From the human T2T-CHM13v2.0 reference genome, Homo sapiens: a DNA stretch of 64,000 nt. Shown one piece after another: positions 55,401 to 64,000 of this stretch. Within the stretch, counting starts at the first letter, position 1. Each line of letters opens with the position of its first letter. Both the position numbers and the translations under genes were made by a program. Location of the stretch: the NCBI RefSeq assembly GCF_009914755.1, contig NC_060931.1; one strand, given 5' to 3'. A model generated the notes under the pieces. It made no database searches and was not told the origin of the DNA. It saw only the letters and a program-made list of their open reading frames with translations.

Positions 55401-56974
55401 GCCTTCGCAGCATGCCCACCTTCCAGAAGCCTGCATCCTGGACTAGACACACCAATGGCCCTGGCAACCAAAGAGGCCTCCTGCCACAGGGTCGTCCTCC
55501 TGCCACGGGGTCATCCCCAGGGTTTGCTGGAAATGCCCACCCCAGGACACACCCCACAGCTGTGTCAGAACCAGCTGGGAAGGTGTCAGCAATTCTGTGT
55601 CCCCACAATGCAGAAGATGACTTTTCACTGTCTAGAGAGTCCAACAGCCCAGGACACACAGTCCCTGGGGATGGAGCTGGGCAGAGGGCTCCAGCTGCCC
55701 AGGCCATGGGCAGTTCTGATACACCTGGGCAGACGCTCAGCCAGGGCCTGAGCAAGACTGGAGATGCAGGGCTGCCTGGGACCTCTGTCTCTATGCAAGG
55801 ATACCTACGACCCCCCATCTCCACATGGGGCTGCCTGGGACCCCCCTATCCCCATGTGGGGCTGCCTGGGACTCCATCTCCATAAAGATGCTCTTATCCT
55901 CAAGAACAGGTGCCAGGAATGTGGACATAGCCTGACACTCGGCACAATATTAATTTTCTCTGAGATGGTTTTCCTTAGGAGTTACCTTTTGCCATTATTT
56001 GGTTAGATTATTGTCATGTAATTTAAATTCATGGATATATGAGACAAACTAGAAAAAGCTATTGCTTTAAAATCATAGGTGAGAAAACTCATCTCTGTTG
56101 GGGAATTCGGGGCCACTAGATATTTTTCTATCCCTCCTTTTGAAACTCACCTTAAATTTCTTGGTTTTTTTCTAGTTTGTCAGGCTGAGAGTCTTGTGCA
56201 TTCTCTGGTTTCATTTCATCCCAGGACGCCCACCCAGGCAGGGCCCCGGAGCCCTTGTGGCACTAGCTCCCATGACAAGGGAGCTCAGGTGAACTCCGGC
56301 ACGCTGCCCCCGCCACATCTCAGCACAGGATAGCACAGAAACGTGATGATGTTCAGTGCCAGTTGCCAACACATGGTGATAGCTACATACATACCTAGAG
56401 CCGGGCTGAAATTACGCTCAGGGGAAGTTCTGAAAGAGTCACGCCCATTCTCATTGAAAGACCCCTGGCCTCCACTCGCACGTCCAGCCATCAGAGTGGC
56501 AAAAGCTCATCTGTTTGCTCCTTAAATGAGGCTTTTCCCTCTTCTCAAGATAATAAAGTGAAGGGTGAAACACAGAGTAAGGCTCACAAGACAAGCAAAC
56601 TCAGAAAATGTGACACAGTTGAATATTTACACAACCTTCCTTCAATATGGCTCGCTCCATGTTTGTCCCTGCGTGGGCAGCATTCCGTCTGTGTCATCTA
56701 CATTGATACCCATATCTACGTGCCCTGCCAAGCCTGGCACTGGCCTGCGCACAGCACCCCATCGCCAAACGACAGTGGCACATATGGAGCAGGAGCTGGG
56801 CCCAAGCCGCCCTGGAGGCTCCCGTGGGGAAAGGGCTCAGGAGTCCAGTGTGGCCTGGAGTGTGCATCAGGGAGCTGCCCGGCGCCCTGGCCCACACCGC
56901 CACACGCGTTTCTCCCTCTCAACCCGCAGTTTGGCTTTGTGGAGGGTTCCCCATGGACTTTGGGCTCAGGTGAC

Positions 56975-59130
56975 TTGGGCTTTGTTTGTGGGTGGTTCTG
57001 TGTAATGCACAGGCACCACCCAAAAGCAGACACGTGTAGCACTACACACCACCCATGCTGGGACCCCCTGAAGGACAGAGGTGAACCCGGAACCCCTGTA
57101 GGACAGAGGTGAACCCGGGACCCCCTTAAGGACAGAGGTGAACCCGGGACGCCCTCAAGGACAGAGGTGAACCCGGGACCCCCTAAAGGACAGAGGTGAA
57201 CCCGGGACCCCCTGAAGGACAGAGGTGAACCCGGGACCCCCTGAAGGACAGAGGTGAACCCGGGACGCCCTCAAGGACAGAGGTGAACCCGGGACCCCCT
57301 AAAGGACAGAGGTGAACCCGGGACCCCCTGAAGGACAGAGGTGAACCCGGGACCCCCTGAAGGACAGAGGTGAACCCGGGACGCCCTCAAGGACAGAGGT
57401 GAACCCGGGACCCCCTGAAGGACAGAGGTGAACCCAGGACGCCCTCAAGGACAGAGGTGAACCCAGGACCCCCTGAAGGACAGAGGTGAACCCGGGACCC
57501 CCTGAAGGACAGAGGTGAACCCGGGACACCCTGAAGGACAGAGGTGAACCCGGGACCCCCTGAAGGACAGAGGTGAACCCAGGACGCCCTCAAGGACAGA
57601 GGTGAACCCAGGACCCCCTAAAGGACAGAGGTGAACCCGGGACCCCCTGAAGGACAGAGGTGAACCCGGGACGCCCTCAAGGACAGAGGTGAACCCGGGA
57701 CGCCCTCAAGGACAGAGGTGAACCCGGGACCCCCTAAAGGACAGAGGTGAACCCGGGACCCCCTGAAGGACAGAGGTGAACCCGGGACCCCCTGAAGGAC
57801 AGAGGTGAACCCGGGACGCCCTCAAGGACAGAGGTGAACCCGGGACCCCCTAAAGGACAGAGGTGAACCCGGGACCCCCTGAAGGACAGAGGTGAACCCG
57901 GGACCCCCTGAAGGACAGAGGTGAACCCGGGACGCCCTCAAGGACAGAGGTGAACCCGGGACCCCCTAAAGGACAGAGGTGAACCCGGGACCCCCTGAAG
58001 GACAGAGGTGAACCCAGGACCCCCTGAAGGACAGAGGTGAACCCGGGACGCCCTCAAGGACAGAGGTGAACCCGGGACCCCCTGAAGGACAGAGGTGAAC
58101 CCGGGACGCCCTCAAGGACAGAGGTGAACCCGGGACCCCTTGAAGGACAGAGGTGAACCCAGGACGCCCTCAAGGACAGAGGTGAACCCAGGACCCCATG
58201 AAGGACAGAGGTGAACCCGGGACCCCCTGAAGGATAGAGGTGAACCCGGGACGCCCTCAAGGACAGAGGTGAACCCGGGACCCCTGAAGGACAGAGGTGA
58301 ACCCGGGACCCCTGAAGGACAGAGGTGATTGGAAACCCTCCTGTGAGCAGAATCTCCAGCAGTGCACCTGGCTGGTGATTCCGCCTGGAAGGAGAAACGG
58401 CCAGATGTGTGATTACTTATGAATTAATGGGCTGTGGCCAGTGGTTTGGCTGGAGGGCCAGGGACTCGGAGAGAATATGGTTGGAAACATTGTTGACAAG
58501 GGCAACTGAGGAAGAGACATATTAGATAGACGTCTATGAAGTGGTATGAAGTACTAAGATATGAATGTCCCGTGTGAATGTTCTCCAAAGAGTGACCTCA
58601 GCAGAGGAGGATTTTAATAACCAAGTGGATAGGGTGACCTGTTCTGTGGACACCAGTCAGCCTCTTTCCCCAGCCACCCTGCCGTTGCCCCATGGGCCCA
58701 TGAACAAGGTGGTCGCGGTGGCAGAGTTGGAGGTGATGCCTGGGCTCCCACTCAACAAGGCCAGCCCTGCTGTGGCCACCCTTGAGTCCCCAGTCAGCCA
58801 CCACAAAGACCATCCCTGAGTCCCCAACATGACATCATTCCCCGAGGTGATCAGCCAGCCGCCGGGGGGCAGGTGGTTCCGCAGGCAGCTTCCCCTGTGG
58901 AAGGGGTGGGGAATGGTCCTTGCTGGACTAGACGCTTACTCCAGATGTGGATTTCCCTTCCCTACGCACAGTGCTCCTGCCAGAACTACCCTCCGTGGAG
59001 TCAGAACGCCTTATCCATCACCATGGTGTCCACACAGCACTGCTTCTGACCAAGAGCCCTCACTTCACAGTCAAAGAAGGGCAGCAGTGGGCCGGTGCTG
59101 TGGGAATTCCCTGGTCCTACCATGTTGCCA
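56975..59130 (+). mobile_element. ERVL internal (pol: RNase H-integrase) remnant, split by a VNTR
   Basis: Remnant peptides SRVNVLQRVTSAEEDFNNQVDRVTCSVDTSQPLSPAT, LPLWKG..VLAGLDAYS, TASDQ and HFTVKEGQQWA..GIPWSYHV match ERVL pol as I recall it; frameshifted. Confidence 0.9.
57060..58328. repeat. 29-bp VNTR, ~44 copies
   Basis: Unit GGGACCCCCTGAAGGACAGAGGTGAACCC with variants GGGACGCCCTCAAGG and GGGACCCCCTAAAGG. Confidence 0.97.
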
Positions 59131-59429
59131 TATATAATTTTTAAATTATCATAATTTTAAAAATTATCTTCTCATCACCCCTGCAGGGACCACCTGCAAC
59201 AAAAATTTCACAACAGTGACAGGCAGAGGCTGATTCTCTCCAGGCCGAGCCACGCCTGCACTGGACCCAGCCAGGCCCAGATAAGCAGCCGACGCCTGCC
59301 TACTTTGTGCCAGGCCCAGCTGCGGGCCACTGCAGCCTCCTGGCATCTCCTCCCTCAGACACAGGAGGCAGCAGGCCTGGGCTCCTCCAAACCCAGGAAC
59401 GGACGATCCCAGTAGGAAGCACCCATGAG

Positions 59430-61600
59430 CCCAGCGCCCGGCTCCCACCTGCCCCTTCCACCACCACACTCGTGGATTCAGTCCGTCCCAGCTCCTCACC
59501 GCCCAGGAGGAGAAGCCAAGCCCGTGCGGTCGCTCAGTGCGGCAGCCGCCGAGCCTCGGCCCACGCCCGCCCTACCTGTGCCGGAAAGCTTCTGCAACGC
59601 CACGCGCAGGCGCTGCAGGGCCACGGGCGACACCTCGTAGCGGTAAAAGTCCATTGCCGGAACCTTCTGGCACCTTCCAAACACTCCATCTGTGAGAAGG
59701 GAAGGAGATAAGACAGAACGAGACGTTTCATTTTCAGAGAGCAGGAAGGTGTCACACACGTCCTTGCAATGCGTTCTGATCATGTGCCGCCGTGAGGTTT
59801 TGGAGCACGGCGTCACCAGAGGGCTGTTAGGACCCGGGAGCACCCGGAGGATGCTGGTTTGTGAGATAAAAACCGAGCATCACGGAAAACACAAATGCCA
59901 AGGTGGAGAGAAAGTCCAGTGTGGCTGCAATGTTGTCACTCCACTTTCCTCCATACCCCCCGAGCCCTCCTTTTATGTAATTTCACATTTTTTATGTAAA
60001 ACTTGCCTCTGACAACTCAGTGACAACAAAAAAACAAAGTCAATAACATTCCAGGCCAGTTTTCCAGATGAAAAACAGAACACCCAGGAAATATAAATAT
60101 TACTTTGCAGGAGCTACAAGGATCGGCGGAGACGCCTCTCCCTGGGCTGCGTGGGAGGCAAGCACGGCTTCCCGGGCTCCTTTCCGGCGGCGCAGGAGAG
60201 GCGCGGGGCTGGCGAACGGTGTGGGACTAATGGGGACTAATTTATTTAGCTCGATTCCATTTGTCTGAAATGGCAGACTCTGCTCATCAACATCCTTTCC
60301 AACCACACCTTCTAATTAATTTAGTCCCCAATTAGTCTTTATTCGGCGAATTGTTCACTTTGAGACAAGCTTCCTGTGGGGTTTCAAACATTCAAATTAC
60401 CTTCTTTGGTGCACACAAAAGGTTAATTCAGGCGCTACTGCTTCCACACAGGGCGGCCATCTGCAGCTTCGGGCGGGGCGGAAGGGGAAATGGTCTCTCT
60501 TATTGTTCACTAGGTTTCGCCGTGCAGCTTGGCTGAAGAAAGCCATTCAAATGCAACAAGTGTAATTAGCAGAAACACATTTGCCCAGGGCCAGGCTGAC
60601 GGTAATTGCTGGTCTGATATTGCATATATGCTCACGACGACGGGGCCGGGTGATTAGCAGAAAATAACCTCGAGTATTGCAAGCGTCCTGCGGGTTTCTA
60701 TGGGACTTTGCAAAGCCCAGGGAATCCGGGAGGCAGCCTGGCAGCTGCGCGGGCGGGCGGACAATGGCAAGGAGGAGACGCCAGGCCCGCGCCGTTTCCC
60801 TCCGTGCAGCCCGGCCGCGCTGCCTCCTGTCTGAGAGCCGGCCCGAGATGCCTGCGAGGCCACACAAAGGCGGAGGGCTCTCGGGGACGCGTCTGCAGAG
60901 CCCGGCGCCCCCCACCGTCCGTGATGGACAGGCCGCACCACAGGCGGGAACACAGGCAGATGTGCCCGCTCCTTTGCCTTCCTCAGACACGCACCATTCA
61001 GTGCAAGCAGGAGTGGGAAAGGGGGGAGGAGGGAGAAAGGGGCAAAGAGGGAAAATAAGGAGCGACTTCAAACATACCCAGTGTTCCTACTCTGCTTTTC
61101 GAATGAAAATATCTTGAAAATAGAAAGGCAACAAGCAGGAACTGGGCAGCACGTCGAGACGGCCCAGCTCCCGTGCTCACAATGCAGAACAATCCTAGGC
61201 CTCAGGACCAAGGCCTGGGGCCCCAGAGGAGGGAGTGAGCCACGGGCCAGGAAGAACCAAAAGCCAGGTTCCTGGACCCCCAAGCGGGGCCCAAGTCAGT
61301 GACCACCTAATCCTAGGCCAGGGCCGGCGGCCTCTTCCGATCCCTGAGGCCAGGGAGGCTCAGAAGCCCAGGGCTCCACTCAGCCGCGGAGCCCGCGAGC
61401 TGCACTCCCCACCCTCAGAAGGAAGGCGCTCTCGGCCGGCCCCAGAGCAGTGACGGTGCCGGCTGCCTGCAGCTCCCCGGCCTCTTGCGCACATTGGAAA
61501 ATGCACCCCCGGGGTGGACGTGCGTGGCCAGCTCAGGGCATGGCAGAGCCTGGCTGGTCCGGGCCCCACTCGGCCACTCCGGGTGTCTGCACACAGGGCT
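59430..61600. promoter_or_regulatory. Intragenic CpG-rich region (CpG-island-like) around and upstream of exon 3
   Basis: Dense CpGs at 59500-59700, 60120-60220 and 60630-60960 in unique sequence; not computed formally. Confidence 0.6.
59576..59689 (-). CDS. PTPRN2: PTPRN2 internal coding exon (exon 3; N-terminal luminal, RESP18-homology region of receptor-type PTP N2 / phogrin / IA-2beta)
   Basis: Minus-strand translation [38 protein letters not shown] matches the PTPRN2 N-terminus I recall. Acceptor TTCTGTCTTATCTCCTTCCCTTCTCACAG|AT (AG at 59691-59690); donor ACAG|GTAGGG (GT at 59575-59574). 114 nt, phase 1-1. Confidence 0.97.
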
Positions 61601-62049
61601 TGGTGATTTGGTGCCAAATATAAGAGAAGCACATCTGTGAGTAGCCAACGCTTCGCAACATGCAGCTGAGGATCCCCTTCCCAGGCAACCTCATCAAATC
61701 ATTCAGCTTTTCATAAAGAAAAATGGCCCAGGACAATTCCTATCAATTTTGGAACGTTCCAAGCAAAGCATTTCTCAAGCATAACAGCCTCATTCTTTAA
61801 ATTTTGTTTCTTGCATACAATGTCATAAATATATTTTAAAATTATATTAGACTTTCTTGAAAACTTTCTTTTAAACATTTATTTAGAATATATACAATAT
61901 AATGCATAATATAGTTTGTGCTTTTAAAATCAGTTTTAGCTAATAATTTTAGCTACTTGACAGTTGAAATAAACTAACCATTGATTCTCTTTGCCTTAGA
62001 CTATCCCTGTGCTGAATGCAGTGGACACAGACACCATCCCCAGTGCATT

Positions 62050-63200
62050 GTTAATAGACTTTATTATTTTTAGAGCAGTTTAGATTACTGCAAACTTGAG
62101 TGGAAAGTAGGGATATTTTCCATGCATCCTCACACATGCACACACACACACAGCCTCCCACACACACAGCCTCCCCCCACACACACACACAGCCTCCCTC
62201 ACACACGCACACAGCCTCCCTCACACACGCACACAGCCTCCCTCACACACAGCCTCCCTCACACACACACACAGCCTCCCTCACACACACAGCCTCCCTC
62301 ACACACACACGATCTCCCTCACACACGCACACAGCCTCCCTCACACACACAGCCTCCCTCACACACACACAGCCTCCCTCACACACACACGGTCTCCCTC
62401 ACACACGCACACAGCCTCCCTCACACATGCACACACACCCTCACACACAAGCACAGGCAGCCTCCCTCACACACACAGCCTCCCTCACACATGCACACAG
62501 CCTCCCTTGTACACACACAGCCTCCCTCGTACACACACAGCCTCCCTCACACACACACAGCCTCCCTCACACACACACAGCCTCCCTCACACACACTCAC
62601 AGTCTCCCTCACACACACACAGCCTCCCTCACACACACTCAGTCTCCCTCACACACACACACAGCCTCCCTTGTACACACACAGCCTCCCTCGTACACAC
62701 ACAGCCTCCCTCACACACACACACAGCCTCCCTCACAGGGTATTTGCAGATATTAATTTTCCACTTTTTTGGGTAAAGACCAACACGAGTGACTGCTGGC
62801 TCATATGGTAAGAGTATGCTTAGTTTTGTAGGAAACCGCCAAACTGTCCTCCATGGTGACAATCAGCCTAACAGTGGCCGTGCCATTTTTCACTCCCAGC
62901 AGCTGCGATGGCACCCCCATCGCCCATGTCCTCACCACAGTGACAATCAGCCTAACGGTGGCCACGCCATTTTTCACTCCCAGCAGCTGTGATGGCGCCC
63001 CCATCGCCCGCATCCTCAGCAGCGCCAGGTGGCGTCCGTGTTCCCGCGTCCTCGGCAGCGCCGGGTGGCGTCCGTGTTCCCACGTCCTCGGCAGCGCTGG
63101 GTGACACTTGGAGGCGTCCATGTTCCAGCGTTTGGCTGCTGTCATAGGTGTGTATCGGTATCTCATGATTTTTTATCCAATGCATTTTTCAACAATGATA
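62050..63200 (-). mobile_element. L1MD-like 3' remnant interrupted by a VNTR and local duplications
   Basis: TTAATAGACTTTATT.TTTTAGAGCAGTTTAG (L1MD/MC 3' end, reverse complement) and CATATGGTAAGAGTATG.TTAGTTTTGTAGGAAACCGCCAAACTGTC (ORF2 end, reverse complement). Confidence 0.75.
62130..62737. repeat. ~19-23-bp VNTR (CACACACAGCCTCCCTCA), ~28 copies
   Basis: AGCCTCCCTC core separated by variable (CA)n. Confidence 0.95.
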
Positions 63201-64000
63201 TTCATCCTTATCTCCGTATTTAAAGGACTTCATGATGTGGGTGTCCTTTATTCTAGTAAATACTCAGCAATAAGGCTTGTTGAAGATGATTGTGACCAGA
63301 AGGAAGGAGCCCAGAAGCTCCCACAGATCATGCCCAGGTTCGCTGCTACCTGCTTGATTTTAAGGGGATACTGGATTCCCCCAAATATGGATACGTGCCT
63401 AGCAGTGAAATAGAAAATTAAGGAAATTTCTAAATACATCTGGTAGAATTGATTTTTATGTGGCCAGAATTTTGAAACTATTGCTTTGTTCTTCCGGGTC
63501 ACTTGGCTAATAGGCAGGACCCCAAAAGGTCTCTATGAACATACTAGAGAAAAGGACTGGAAAGTCAAATCTCAATCAGGAAAGCATCAGGTGCGATGAG
63601 ACTCCGGAGTCGGGACGCCAGGGGTGATCTACACAGCAGGGGTGCCGGAGCCAGAGAACCAAAGCTCCCACCAGTCCAGGCTGAGCTCCACCGTCTCAGA
63701 CGTGCAGTGCGGCCTCTGAAACAATCCCGGGAAGTGGCACACTGAAGTCGCCTCACCGCCGACCATTTAATCACCCTAGAAACCACCCAGAGCCCGTAAC
63801 CCTCAGGCCCCTCCTCTGCGGGACTCCTGCCTTCGTGTTCTTGGGACACGGCCAGGACCCCACCTGGGATCTGAGCTTGCTTGGGGTTTCCTCATGAACT
63901 CTCTTCTACTTCGGACTCTGTTTCCTGTGCCATGGCCCTGCAGCCTGTCGACATGACCCTATCGTCGAAGCCCGGACTGACCCGTCCAGCTCTGCAGCCC

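Larger units (their letters stand above)
59690..64000 (-). other. PTPRN2: PTPRN2 intron upstream of exon 3 (3' end)
   Basis: Ends in a polypyrimidine tract plus CAG acceptor at 59690 (-). Confidence 0.9.

Noticed and set aside
58565-59144. Possible domesticated integrase gene
   Set aside because: Multiple frameshifts and stops; ordinary decayed ERVL pol.
60225-60337. Annotating the hairpin as a microRNA
   Set aside because: The 62-nt interior pairs poorly; the PTPRN2-hosted miRNAs I recall (miR-153-2, miR-595) lie in other introns and I do not see their sequences here.

Overview
Human (primate) genomic DNA from inside the very large PTPRN2 gene (phogrin/IA-2beta, subtelomeric 7q36.3), which is transcribed on the - strand. 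The only real coding sequence is one 114-nt exon at 59576-59689 (-), encoding (D)[37 protein letters not shown](G); I recognise it as exon 3. Positions 1-59575 are the downstream intron and 59690-64000 the upstream intron. The GC-rich flanks (about 1-28 kb and 52-64 kb) are packed with minisatellites and low-complexity arrays: about 16 arrays in the window, roughly 11 kb by my manual tally. The AT-rich core (about 28.5-52 kb) is mostly old transposons: two L1M remnants, Tigger3/4, Alus, and LTR27-like, MER4, MST, MLT1 and MLT2A LTRs. The long ORFs in the track are repeat artefacts. I see no new protein-coding system. The best leads are: (i) a sense-oriented solo LTR12 whose poly(A) signal has mutated into a GTAAGT splice donor just downstream of its promoter, a possible alternative first exon; (ii) minisatellites born inside ERVL pol, a MER4 LTR and an L1 3' end; (iii) a fold-back array with perfect hairpins; (iv) UG-flanked candidate cryptic exons; (v) two unexplained inverted repeats. 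Repeat-family names are from memory of consensus sequences, and boundaries without a TSD are approximate.
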